A stretch of 64,000 nt of DNA from Guillardia theta CCMP2712 (lineage: Eukaryota > Protista > Cryptophyta). The notes under the pieces are model-generated. The model had not been told where the DNA came from. It made no database searches and saw only the letters and a program-made list of their open reading frames with translations. Below are positions 27,190 through 39,788 of this stretch, piece after piece. The position numbers and the translations under genes were made by a program. The DNA is taken from NCBI RefSeq assembly GCF_000315625.1, contig NW_005434644.1:192973-256972 (forward strand), given 5' to 3'. Position 1 is the stretch's first letter. Every line of letters starts with the position of its first letter.

Positions 27190-27785
27190 AGTGATTGCCG
27201 TGATCCAATCTTGGGGATATGAGAACACAGAGGAAGCATCGAAATGTGCTATTGGTGGGATAGCACGAGGTGCACTGAAGGTACCATTCGAATTGATTTC
27301 CTGAAGACCAACACGTGGAGTATAATAGTGCTTGACTCTTTTTGGGTTTGCAGATTGACTTCAATGCGAAGCTTGATTCCATCGCGTGGAAAGGAGAGTG
27401 CGAGTATTGCCAGCATCCACTTCAAACGACGCTCCGTGCCCTTTTCGACCAGCCTGACAGTGGTATAGACTATGAGGAGGGGTCTCCAGGGGCAGCCATT
27501 GTTTGTCCCAATGCAAGCTGTGGAGAAAGGTATTATCTGACTTGCATGTGCGCAAACGATGCCTACCCTACCCTCGGGAAATATCACAAGCACTGCCGTG
27601 AATGCCCAGGATTCGGCATGTGCATGCCCGATTGTCGCTTTTCTCACTGCAATGTGTGCGACGATCATTGGGTTGGAGCAAGATGCGGATTTGGCTGCTT
27701 TAGGTGCCATGCCAAAAAGGAATCAGAACTTATGTGGCAGAGCCTTGCAAGATTCCGAGACGCGAACAATGCTGGAGGACAGTGA
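27190..27785 (+). CDS. Cys/His-rich putative zinc-binding protein (start uncertain)
   Basis: Exon VIAVIQSWGYENTEEASKCAIGGIARGALK is spliced (intron 27281-27353, phase 0) to IDFNAKL..CEYC..CPNASC..GKYHKHCRECPGFGMC..HCNVCDDH..CGFGCFRC. Confidence 0.6.
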
Positions 27786-28024
27786 GTACTGTAGTCGATC
27801 GTTGATGTTAGACTGGTGATGATTGATGGCGAAGGATGAGACTCACTGCATTCGCATAATGAAATATTCTGTTCATGACATGTTCTTCTTCTTTCTAATA
27901 TACTTTTTGGGTACGGAAGGGCCCAATTTGTTTTTTTTGAAATTTGTACTTGTTAACTTTATTTTGAACGTTTAAAGAAGCTTGTGTTTTCGAAAGTTCT
28001 GACATTCTTTGACAAAACTGGTGT

Positions 28025-28324
28025 AGGCATGGCAGAGGAATCTACTGATCAGGAGCACCAACTGGATGCCAAAGAAGGACACGAGTCAGCACCGCAGAAG
28101 GATGAGGCAGACATCGCAGGTGCGCTACCGAGCCATCGAGCCTGTCACTTTGTTTCCGCGCCCTCCCAGCTGCATCAGCTTTTGCAGAATGTGACTTTGA
28201 TGTGCCGCAGATGTTGAAGAGAGTCTGAACGACACTTGTGCCGAGGATCAAGGGACAGTTGAGGCAACTCAGGACGTAGTCATCTCACCAGCAAATGCAA
28301 CTGAAGGCGTGGAAGAAATACGGT
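28025..28324 (+). pseudogene. Truncated duplicate of the 5' part of the OSCA/TMEM63-like gene (copy of 30736-31035)
   Basis: 300 bp near-identical to 30736-31035, including intron 1. It is preceded by a ~70-bp copy (27903-27975) of upstream sequence 30305-30375. Confidence 0.85.
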
Positions 28325-28682
28325 AGCCTGCACCTCTAGCGGGCCTGCCAGGTTGGCACAGTCAGTTGACGATGTTGCCTTCAAGTATAGAGTCTGGCGT
28401 CAAAGCCTTGAGCAAAAGTAGCCCATCCCGATTCAATGTGATGTCCAGGCAGTTCCTGTCATGCGTTTCACTGATGGGTGAGACATCACGGGAATTCTTC
28501 AGTCAAGACTGAACATGTACCAGTCAGGGCGCTACGAGGACTATATCTGAGTGTATCGTTGCGAGACAACTGACAAAATCAGCTGCGAATCACACACATA
28601 AGCAACAGTGACCGACAGAGTCATGAGAACGGGTCAGCGAAGATCAAGAGGTGAAAGCAAGATCGGTTTTATGAGAAGATCA

Positions 28683-29098
28683 TTACGAGATCATCTGGTA
28701 CAATACACGTAAATTAAAGAATCTTGGTTTCATCTGCTCCAAGACGGATCCCGTGAAATGAGAAATCGCCTCCTCCTCTTCTGAATGGCGCTGGCAAAGC
28801 TCCCCGGTGCAATGGGCCTTCCTGTCAGGCATCCAGACCCTGGACCGCAGCTGGCAGTCTCCCCGAGCACGAAGACCTGGTTGTACTTCTTGTGCTCTTT
28901 GCACCAATCTGGCAAGCACTGCCAGAGCGCTGGCTCGGTGGCGTCGTCGAGAAGAATCGAAATAGAGGAAGGCTGAGAAGAAACAAAGGAAGACAGAGCG
29001 CGAGAGGAGAAAGTAGACTTTGCCGCGGTGAAGGCATGACCTGTGAGGCAGGAAGCCGCCCGGCGGGAGGAGACGGAGGAAAGCATGGAGACTGTCAT
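28683..29098 (-). CDS. Hypothetical protein with S/R-rich transit-peptide-like N-terminus
   Basis: MTVSMLSSVSSRRAASCLTGHAFTAAKSTFSSRALSSF has no acidic residues. Downstream structure unresolved. Confidence 0.35.
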
Positions 29099-29270
29099 GT
29101 TCAGTTGAGGAGGCTCGAGGAAAAAATACGCAAAGGTGGGTGACTCTGTGAGAGGAAAGGACGAGGTACGGTAGTGAGATATGTCCGAGGAAGAACCAGT
29201 TATTGATGCAGTGGGAGGTAGTGGAACTCTTTAGGAGGTAGTAGGTGATCAGTAGGAAGAGACGGGTGGG

Positions 29271-29342
29271 GGACCTGATATACTAGTTACCTAGGACCTG
29301 ATATACTAGTAACCTAGGACCTGATATACTAGTTACCTAGGA
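29271..29342. repeat. 23-bp minisatellite x3 (ggacctgatatactagttaccta)
   Basis: Three consecutive copies with one mismatch. Confidence 0.95.
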
Positions 29343-30676
29343 GCGCGGGCGAACGGAGGCGGAAGAGAGGTGCAAATCCGGTCATCTTGTCATCTTGTAC
29401 TGTTTTGACCATTTTTTTTTTGCTGAGAGGCACTTCGTTTACTCAAAGTTAAGTTAAAAATCAGTACGAGGACAATCAGCGTACTACCGGGAGGAAAGAT
29501 TCCGCGGTGCTTCCAACGCCGTTCAACACCCGCCGGTTTAGCTCCTGCCAGTCTCGTCAACCTCTCCGAGTCTGCCGCCGCGCCAGTGCTCCCGGTCCAG
29601 TACCATACTTAGCTCCTGCATGCCCGTGCACCTCCCGGCGGCCGCGCCGGGGACGGCCCACGGTCAGTAAAATGGCTACGGCTAGCCTTCTTTACTCAAA
29701 GGTAAGTTTTAAAAATCAGAACGAGGACAATCAATCAACTTTTACTCAAAGTGAAGTGAAAAATCAGTACATGTGAGGGAGTCATGTCCGGTCCGAGGCG
29801 CCCGGCGCCCGGTGCCAGTGCTTTGAACGCGGCGGCTGCCACACGGTCACAGCCTGGCACAGTAACCCTGCTTTCAAGCTATCTTGCATCCTTTCATGAC
29901 AACATTTCTCCTAAAACGGACGTCGGATTCAAATCAGCATTGAAGGTCAAGGTCAAGGTTAGGTCAGCCCATAAGCCCCCTAATAAGTCACCGGGCCGTG
30001 CCACGAGTCCGACTGAGTCTCGGCCAAGTTCGGAATCAGCCGGAGAGCTGACTTTAATTATTTTCAAGAATGGTACTCAGATCTGCAAATTAAAATGGAA
30101 TATTTCAAAGTGAAGTTTAAGTTGATAGTCGGCCTCCATGCCAGTTTTAGAGTACATTTTCTGAAATATTGCTGATAATAAATAACGGACATTTTTTTAA
30201 ATCTGCAATAAAATCTTTCTCCAATCTTCCGATCAGAGGATATATCATATAAAGTTTTGCAGTAAACTATAAATGTGAAAACTGGGGAGGGAAACCAAAA
30301 ACAGCTTTTGGGTACGGAAGGGCCCAATTTGTTTTTTAAATTTGTACTTGTTAACTTTATTTCGAACGTTTTAAATACTTTTTGATTCAAATTGTGACTC
30401 CCACCAGTACCTTTTGTGTAGCACCCTCCCCTCCACCCCACGGATAAAATAGCTTCATGTACCCCCTGCTCTCCCACGCGTTGTTGACAGGTCCCCCTTC
30501 AAGGGTGGGTGGGGACGATCCTCCCGAAATGATTCGAATCAAGTATAAAATGTTCTTAACTATAAATTAGATATAATTTTACGATTACGGCTACAGCAGA
30601 CTATGTAGAAAATTAAAAATGTATTTATTACAATGACTTATACACGTGGTTAGGATTTCGGTTTGTGGGGCCTGCC

Positions 30677-33600
30677 ATGGCGGAGAAGGACGAAGGGGAC
30701 GTGTTGGAGGAGGAGGCTTCACATCTGAGTATCCCAGGCATGGCAGAGGAATCTACTGATCAGGAGCACCAACTGGATGCCAAAGAACGACGCGAGTCAG
30801 CACCGCAGAAGGAAGAGGCAGACATCGCAGGTGCGCTACCGAGCCATCGAGCCGGTCACTTTGTTTCCGCGCCCTCCCAGCTGCATCAGCTTTTGCAGAA
30901 TGTGACTTTGATGTGCCGCAGATGTTGAAGAGAGTCTGAACGACACTTGTGCCGAGGATCAAGGGACAGTTGAGGCAACTCAGGACGTAGTCATCTCACC
31001 AGCAAATGCAACTGAAGACGTGGAAGAAATACGGTCGCAAGTCGACGTGTTACAAGAAAACAAGACCTGTGATGAGGATGGCAAAGAGGCAGGCGTTGTA
31101 CAAGGAAGTGATTCTCAAGAGAATGACGTGCAAAGCTCGCAGTCGCAAGGAAAGTTCCTGCCAGAGGAGGAAAATTGTCCAAACCAGGTACATGTTGTGG
31201 AATCGCCTGTTGAGCTGCTGGCATCGTTGGAGGAGATGGTGCCAGAGACAGGAATCATTCGCAGGACTAAGAGTGGCAAAGAGCTTGCGGTCAAACTTGC
31301 CAAGGCCTATCGCGATGCAAGAGCCCCGAGAATTCAGAACAAGCCTGGCAAGCCCAAGTACGATGGAATGGCAGGGAAGAAGTTCCCAATCCTTTGCCCT
31401 GATTTTGCTCTCGATGAACCGAATCTCTCTGATATCAGTGTTGGAATCTCTCTCTACTTCTACACTCTCAGAAAACTTGCTATCTTGTTCTTTGTTTTAT
31501 TTATCATCGGCATTCCATCCATCGTGGTGGGCCTCATAGCCAATCCTGATTCCTACAACAACTTCAAACACAACGGGGTGTCCGCTCTCCAAGTCTTCAC
31601 GGTCGCAGCCATGTTCAAGGCGACTGCAGATCAGAAGTACGGTTGCTCGGAGACGATGTGCACGTTTCCAACCGGGGAGGTACGCACAGAGACAATAGCA
31701 TCCATCATCATCTACTTCGATCTTGTTTCTTGCCTAGCTTTGCTGCTGGCCATTCCATTCTTCAGGCGGACGTTCCGCAGGATTGAAGAGACCATCGATG
31801 ATGAGAACATCACTGCCAAAGATTTCTCCGTCATGGTATGGGGCATACCCAAGGATTGCACCTCGGACAAGGTAAGGGACCACTTTGAGTACATGCCGGG
31901 CTCAGGGGCGATTCAAGTCAAGACTGAGGGTGAAGAGAGGCCCGTGACTGCTGGTGTTTCGACGTCAGATGATGTGGAGGTGATGGATATGAACACTCCC
32001 CGCCACACAGACGGCCCAGTGGAGATTAGCAACCCCAACCATGCAGTCAGGGGAAGCGTGATATTTCCTCTCAACGACGTTGAGCCCAGAGCGGTCAGCG
32101 GAGACCTTACGGAGACTGATGATGCTGCGAAGACGGAGAATGATACTCCTGCCGAAGCTGTTGCTGTCAATGAGAGTGATGGTGATCCGTCGCGCAGTTC
32201 AGACTTGATCGATGCTTCTGCTGATCTGGTCATGGCAGAAAACTTTGGAAACCCAGGTACCTCCCCACCGTGACATCCCCCTCTAGCAAGATCGCTCTTC
32301 CGCACTGCATTTCTTCACAGTCACCATCCCTGTGCGCTGGTCTGATGGCTTTGCAGCAGGTCAGGATCCAAACGGATCCAACGTTGCTTCCGTGTACCTG
32401 GCAACGCAGCTCGGGGACGTCATCGGATTGCTCAGGGAGAGGCAGTCGGTGCTGGACCAGATCTCGCAGCTCGACCATGCGCTGGAGGACAAGTCGCTAA
32501 TTGAGAAGAAGAAGTCGAAGCTGGAGAAGAAGAAGTCGAAGCTGCAGGCCAAGACGCAGAAGATCGAGGACAAGATCGAGAAGGCGAGGAGCAAGAAACG
32601 GACTCAGGCGATCTGCGCGTTTGTGACTTTCCATTCCGCCGCTGCCTCAAACGAATGGATCGAACACTACGAGTCGAAGAGATGGAGAGTGTGCGGGAGC
32701 TCGATCCCTCTCAAGGGCTTCCAGCTGTTCGGACTGACGATGCCGCTCTTCATGCTCAAGTGGTTCCAGGACCCGTCGCTGATGATGCAGCTGGACGGCG
32801 GCGCAGCTCCGAAGCAAAAGGCTCTGCGCGTCCTCGAGGCCCCAGAGCCAACCAACATCCTATGGGAGAACCTCGAGTACACTCGTTTCCAGCGGTTTTG
32901 CCGGAGAAGCTTGTCCTTCTCCTTCACCATCCTCATCATCATCATCTCGTTTGCCGTGATCGTGTGGGGCAAGTCGTTCAACGAGAGCCTCAACAACACC
33001 AGCAAGCAGTGTGCCAACGCAACCTTCACCGAGACCTGCGACCTGGTATGAGATCCTCCCATGACCCTCGGCCTTCCCTGACCCTCACCTCCAGTCTCTC
33101 AATTGGAGCCAGCTCTTCACCTTCGGCTGCACTTCTCAGACCTCCTGCACCTTGGCTGATATATGGGGAGCAACCAACCAGACTCTGAGAGCCAACACCC
33201 CACTGCAGCTGGACACGGCGACCATGGCTGCCAAGATCCTCGTAGGGTCAGGGTGCAGGCTGAACTCAACCACCGCCGACATTATCAACCCCTCCTCTCT
33301 ATCTACGGAATGCTCGACTGCCGTTTCCAGCATCTCTGATGTCCAATGGAGAGCTCTGACTAACGCCCAGTGGTTGAATGTCACCAGCTCTACCGTCTCC
33401 GACTGTGCCACGTGCCTGTGCGCCTCCGCCATGGCGTCGTCGAGCATGCTCAGCCTTTGGTACTCCTCCATCAACCTCGGCTTCTCCAGCCCCAAGTACA
33501 CGAACGCTGATGGGAAGGGGTTCTGCTCCGAGCAGGCCGTCCAGGAGCTTACCAGGAGGGGGCTGCAAGTCGGGGCAATCGTTGTGGTGGTTGTCTTCAA

Positions 33601-35163
33601 CAAGCTTATGCAGATCTCGACGCAGTACCTTGCTAGGTTCGAACGGCACCACACAGTCGCTCAGCAAGAGACGTCCATCGCTAACGCCGTCTTCTATGGT
33701 CAGTTCCTCAACACAGCCCTGGTCTCCCTCGTGGTCAACGCCAAGTTCAACTTCGTCAAGGATTCGCTGCCCAGCGACGTCCGATCCTGGTTCCCCCTGT
33801 TCTCAGGCTCCTACTCCGACTTCGAGATCAGCTGGTTCGACGTGGTGGGCACGCAGCTGCTCGTTACCATCATCGTCAACATTGTCCTGCCCTCCGTCCC
33901 GCTCGCCACGTCCATCATCAACAAGTGGCTTGCGCCGTGCTTCTCCATCCCGATTCTTCAGAGGGACCTGCACCAGAGGTACCTCCAGGACGAGTTCCTC
34001 CTCTCCCCGAGGTACGGTATGCTCCTCAACGTGCTCTTCTGCTGTTACATGTACTCCGCCGGCATCCCCATCCTCTACCTTGTCGGCACTCTCTTCTTCC
34101 TAGCAGCCATGTACCTGGACAGGATCCAGCTCCTGCGGTACTCCAAGAATCCTCCTCAGTTCGACGAGACCCTTGCTCTCAACTTCCTCAGCGCGCTCAG
34201 ATACGCCGTCCTCCTTCACCTCTGGTATTTCAAGCGCCCCGATCGAACCTCTCTTCCCCCTTCAGCTTCCCCCCTCCTTCCCTCCCCATGATCCTCCCGC
34301 CCTCGTATCTCTTTCCCCCTCTCTTCCCCACGGTCTTGCTCTAAACCTCTTCCTGCCCCTCCCCTTCCTCTGCTCTTTGATTCGTGTCTGACGAGTCCTC
34401 GATCTCAGCTTCGGTTGTTGGATTTTCAGCGCCACCAACATGTTTCCTCGACCCTCAATCTTCTCAAGCAGCAGGTAAACATCTTCCGTCCCTCCTCCCC
34501 ATCTTCCTTCTCGCACGCTCCTACAAACTTCCGTTCCCTTCTACCTGTCTTTCCTTCCCAGTCCATGTCTCTTTCTCACTCCTTCCCGCCCTTTCTCGCC
34601 ATCATCTTGCACATTGTTGACCTTTATATGTGTACAGTATCAGTGGAATTTCAAGCCAGAATCAGGTTGCCTTCTTCCTCTTGTTGACTTCGACGCCTGA
34701 CCCCTCCCTCCAGACTTCCTCCTTCGAAGACAGACTTCTGAATCGCATGCTCATCGCCTACACTTGCTTCACCGTCCTCATGATCGTCCTCACGGTCCTC
34801 GAGCACACTCCCGCCCGCCCTGTCCTCCAGCTGCTCTGGAACAACGTAATCGCCTTCCTCCTCCTCCTCTTCAACAGCATCAGTTCCCTCATCTGCCGCT
34901 CTCCTTCGAGCGGGCAAGACCCCGAGAAGGGAGAGGACGGGGATCGGCAGGACCCGCCGTACCTTGAAGCGCTGCTGGGGCGTCACTTTGGGAATTTCCC
35001 TTCGAGCTACAACTTGAAGAAGATCAGTGAGTACGAGGAGGTTCTCAACGAAGATTCTGGCCTAGTTGACAGCATCCTTCCTGCTGCGTGGGTGGATCCC
35101 AAGGTACAGGATGCCATGAAGAGACTGGAGCAGGACAAGCGAGACGCCGTAGACACACTGTAA
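30677..35163 (+). CDS. OSCA/TMEM63 (CSC1/RSN1)-like membrane channel protein
   Basis: Multiple transmembrane segments. Motifs GISLYFYTLR, ITAKDFSVMVWGIP, AFVTF, EAPEPTNILWENL, FERHHT..FYGQFLN, YSDFEISWF, YSAGIPILY and RYSKNPPQFDE. Intron 1 at 30831-30921. Confidence 0.85.
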
Positions 35164-35177
35164 GTAAAGCCCCCCTC

Positions 35178-37909
35178 TCAGTCGTCGTCCAGGTTGGATA
35201 CTATAGAAACCGATTCATCCCAGTCATTCAAAACCGATTCTCCCATCTCCTCCTCCTGATCCTGTTGGGGAACCTTCCTCTGCTTCTCCTTGGGTTCAGG
35301 GACTTTGCTCTGCCTCTCAGGGACCTTCCTCCGCTCCTCCTCTGGAAGCATCCAGTTCATCCTCTGAGGAGAAACGTGACACCTGTAGCAAATCTCCTCG
35401 AGGACAGTGTCGTCGCTCGTCCTCACCTCCAGCTTCGCCTTCCGGATGTGGCATCTTCCACAGATTGTGTCCTCCTCGTCTTCGTCTTCGTCCTCGTCAC
35501 CATTCCCCTCCTCATCATCGGAGACCTCTACACGTTCAAACTTGGAGTAGTCGGTCAGGCCAGAAGAAGCAGCTGACGCGTTGCGGGAGCGCTGGATGTT
35601 GTCGAGAAAGCCTTGTTGCATCGCCGTCTGGTCGATCTTCCAGACCTTGTCGTAGGCGCGGTACTGGTCCTCCAGGTTGGCGCTGTCATTGCGAGGAGGG
35701 ATTTTTGAGACGATGTTGATGCCCTTGATGTGACTCCGCACGAACGAAGGAGTCGGGGAGTTCGCGTCATGACAGTAGAGGGTAACGTTGGGAGTGGAAG
35801 CATCGATGACAGCGCAGCTCTCTTCGTCCTCGGCCTCCTCGCTCACATCGAACTCCCCCGTCAAGAGCTGCTCTTGCCTCACTTTGAACATGTATGCATC
35901 TGCTGCCAGCCTTCCTGTGGCGTTCGGCGCGATCGCCAGGTTGCCGGATGTGTTAGAAGGGATTGGAGCAGGCCCGGTCAAAGGGGACGCGTCATCCTTT
36001 TTCGGCTGGCTCCTCAGCGGCACCTTGAAAAAATCCTCGATGCCGATCTTCTTCCTCTTCGGAAGTTCGGATTCAACCTGCTGGTCATCGCTCATCCTTC
36101 TTGGCTCCTCCTCAGCACTGTTGTGCATTCTGACGTCACCGTCCGTTCCGTTCCTTGCGACGTCTTGTTCCCAGGTGTGTTGCTCGAACTCGTTCACCAC
36201 GTTTTCACTCGTGTCGCTCGATTCGCTTTCCTGATAGACAACCTCTTGGTCCAACAGCAACTTTCCGCGAGTCGTGGGTCTAGCATCCTTTTCAAAACTC
36301 TCCTCGGCCTTCTCGCCAGGCTCCGCCACTCCTCCTTTCCTCTGCTCCTCCGCCCCGTCCTCCCCCTCCTTCCTCCTCTCTCCCCCTTCCTCCCCAAACT
36401 TGAAGGGAGATCGTTTCACGTTCGATTGAAACTTGACCGTTATCCCAAAGCGTTCCTGCAAGAACTCGAAGAAAAGTTTCTTTCGTTTCCTCAACAGCTC
36501 GAACTTATCCATACGAGACCGTGGCATGCTCCGACGTCGAATCTTGGCAACACTCAGCGCCTCCTCGAGGTGCCTGCTCAACTTGACAAGAGACACTTTG
36601 AGAAAGTTGTCGCTCGTCATCTCATCAGTGAAGAAATCTTTCGGAGCATGGCTGAGCTGGATGCGCAAGGAGGTCAGGAAGTTGTGAAAGAGCCCCGGCC
36701 GTCGCAGGATGAGGTCTTGGGAGGACGAGAAGTGGAAGACCATTTCTTTCCAGAACTCGAAGGCCGACAGCGAGTTCAGCAGGAGGAAGGTGATGTAGGA
36801 CAGTTGAAACTCTCCGAGGAGGCGGGATTGATTCCCCGAGTGTGACTGCAAGAGGATTTCCTCTATCACAAGGGTTGCCCAATCCACATTCAGCAGCCTC
36901 GTCTTCGATTGTCCCAGACTTAATTGCACCCGATCAAGTTGGGTGAAGAGAACGGTCCTGGCTGGCCCTGGGAAATGCGCAACTAGCTCTCTGGACCTGC
37001 AGGATGTCTATGTCAAGGAAATGTGATTCTCAGGTTCTTTCAAGTTGTTGATGTGGATGTTTTCATTATTGACTCAGCCAGCAACCAGCAGACCCATCAG
37101 ACAACATGACGCTCAAAGGCTCAGTCGGCAAAACAGCTCAATGTATCACCATATCATCATAACACAACACCTCCCATCCCTCCCATCCTCTTGTCTTTGA
37201 CTTCCTCCAGCTGAGCTCACCTATCGTCTCGCTTGCTCTCCTCGTCCGGATCCCCGGGAATGAGATGTTCCGTCATCCCATGACGGTCAAAAGACAATCC
37301 TGCTGAAACAAGCACATGCTCGTCAACGAAGGCCGTCATATCCCGCCATCCGTCGTCATCCGACGACGGCGCGAGCCCCCTGTCAAAGTCGAATTTCCGC
37401 ACTCCTTCTTCGAATCTCAGTCTGCTCTCCTCGTCCATGCCGCAGCCAGGAGCGAAGTCTACATACAGATCCCAAGTCATTCCTCCTTATGCGGCTGCCT
37501 GCCAGCCCCTCTCACCTTCCAGCTCCTTGTCCCACTGCCGGACAAGCACGCGGCCTTTAACAGCCTTGTACCAGATGCCTTCCATCATGCCATGCCCCCC
37601 ATCCCAGTAGAGGAAGTGCAACCCCGGGGGGATCATCTTGAATCCCTTGAAGATAGGGCCCGCCACCCACGCCATCATGTCGAAGCCAACCTCTCGCTCG
37701 TTGGGAAAGTTGAGGAGCAGAATCGACGCTCCTTCCCTGATCCTCACGAGCGCCTGGTCGTTGCTCATGTTGATGTTGTTCTGCAGCTTGCCCCATGGAA
37801 TTCGACACTGCTCAAACATGCGGGCGCGGAAATCGCTCGCGTTCAGTCCTACATCCGTGCTGTTGAAGTCGTCGTGGTACGATGATCGCTCGTCCATCGA
37901 CATGCTCAT
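35178..37909 (-). CDS. AAR2: AAR2 (U5 snRNP assembly factor) with long low-complexity C-terminal extension
   Basis: N-domain GASILLLNFP..EVGFDMMAW..GPIFKGFKMIPPGLHFLYW. C-domain LLGEFQLSYITFLLLNSLSAFEFWK and DFFTDEMTSDNFL. Confidence 0.88.
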
Positions 37910-39464
37910 TCTTGCGACTGCACATCAGCTACACGAACATATTCAGGTTGTTCCACTTACTCCTTCGACGGTGTCGACGACTCGCTTCCTCCCCGAAGCT
38001 CTAGCGCGCCCGTTGGTCGACGGAGCAGGCAACGGTGGCTGAGAATGTTGTGAAGACGTTGTCGAGCTACTGGAAGGCAGCAGGAGGAGTGGCAATTGCC
38101 TTGGGAGTGGAATGCTGCTGATAGTAGGCCCGTTTCTTGGATAGGGCTCTGCTCACAAACCATGACGAATTCTGTGATTATCAACAAGAGAAACACAACT
38201 TTACATCTGGACCTCAACATCGGGACTGGTGCTCGGTTCAATCAGGACCGATCGAGTCCTTGACGTGACATGAAAACATCAAACGTTTCATCACATTGGA
38301 CGCGCTGTAAGGGAAACACAGCTCTTATCTTGCTTTCATGCATGTCACCTTCGTCTCTTGTCTCCTGTGCTCCCCTCTGTCTCCACCTCCTCGCTCCTCA
38401 CCTCCCACACCTCCATTCTCGACCAGCCGCAACCTCCCCGACTTTGTACCACCCTCGACCCCCCAGCCAACATACCACCCACCCATATTTACCCTAGCGT
38501 TTACGAGAGAAGGACCCATGGTGGTTGTACCCACCCACCCACCCACCCACCCACACTCAATCATTCCAGCACCTCACTGGTGTAACGTCTTGTAACGATT
38601 GCTCCTACGGTTATCAATCTTTTGTTTTAACGGCAATGAAACGTTTCTGTAACGTGACACGAAACGGAATAACGTTTTTTTTTAGGGCGGAAAGCCTCGT
38701 GCACGGGAAAAGGAGGAAATGGCGAGGACGGAGAGTCAGTAGGAGCGTGCAGGGACGGGGAGAAGACGAGATGAGAACATGGATGGTGGAAGATGCTGTG
38801 GTGAAGATGACGATAGAGTCAACCAGCCAACTGAAGGAGGAACGAGGAGTGCATAAGAGGATGCTGTGATGAGCATGGAGAGAAGCGGCGCGTTGTTTCG
38901 ACCAACATCTGATCTGACTTCGACATTTTGAACTGTTTATGTCCAATGTTGGTGTATCCTTCTATCTTTGATCCAGTTATTTGCGTTTCTGTGTTGAGCT
39001 TCGTGAGTTTATCTTGCTTAATGGCATATTGTCCGTGTATTTCTCGTTTCACAATATCAAGCGCATTTTTTTATGTCTTCTTTCGTGTTGTCTGGAGGTG
39101 GGAGGGCACAGCAATGCCTGCAATTGCTCACTTATTCCCATTCATGTATCTTCGCAGATTGTTGCAATACTGGAAATGTTTGAGAGCAGGATGTAGAATC
39201 AGCTGTGAGGGTTCGAGGGCAGGACAAAACGCATTTTGGCCTGTATTTATTGTAGTCTCCCCTCTGCTTGGATGTTTTCACGAGAAACATGGTGTATTGT
39301 GTGCTCTAGATCAGTCAAGGTGTGCATTGTGGAATGCTTTGGATGTTTTCCCGCTCCCTCCTGCCCTTCGCTCGTTTCTTTCTTCTATTGTCAGTGCTCA
39401 CTAAGGCAGCAGCCCGTGGCAGAACCGAGAAAGTCCAAAGACTGACGGCTTATTCTTGGCAGAG

Positions 39465-39788
39465 ATGGTGAACTTTCCGAAGGAATTGAAGTCTTATTGT
39501 AAGCACAAGGACTGCAAGAACCATCAGAAGTGGAAGGTTACCCAGTACAAGAAGGGCAAGGACTCTCTCTATGCCCAGGGAAAGCGTCGTTACGATCGCA
39601 AGCAGTCAGGTTTCGGTGGTCAGACTAAGCCCGTGTTCCACAAGAAAGCCAAGGTTACCAAGAAGATCACTCTCAAGATGAAGTGCGAGAAGTGCTCCAT
39701 GCTCAAGATGAAGAACATCGGCCGCTGCAAGCACTTCGAGCTCGGAGCTGAGAAGAAGAAGAAGGGTCCCACCATCCACGGAAGATAG
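39465..39788 (+). CDS. RPL36A: 60S ribosomal protein eL42 (L44/L36a)
   Basis: [56 protein letters not shown]...RCKHFELG. No intron in the CDS. Confidence 0.97.
   Translation: MVNFPKELKSYCKHKDCKNHQKWKVTQYKKGKDSLYAQGKRRYDRKQSGFGGQTKPVFHKKAKVTKKITLKMKCEKCSMLKMKNIGRCKHFELGAEKKKKGPTIHGR

Noticed and set aside
29271-29770. CRISPR-like repeat array
   Set aside because: The 23-bp repeats have no spacers, the other repeats are irregularly spaced, there are no cas genes and the context is eukaryotic.
35730-36845. Long plus-strand ORF (371 aa), and similar antisense ORFs over ASCC3
   Set aside because: Antisense shadows of high-GC3 coding sequence.
38866-38917. Possible C/D snoRNA (GTGATGA...CTGA) upstream of RPL36A
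   Set aside because: Only about 50 nt between boxes, no terminal stem and no rRNA-complementary guide that I could recognise.
39630-39632. Cycloheximide-resistance allele of eL42
   Set aside because: Residue 56 is Pro (GQTKP), the sensitive type, not Gln.
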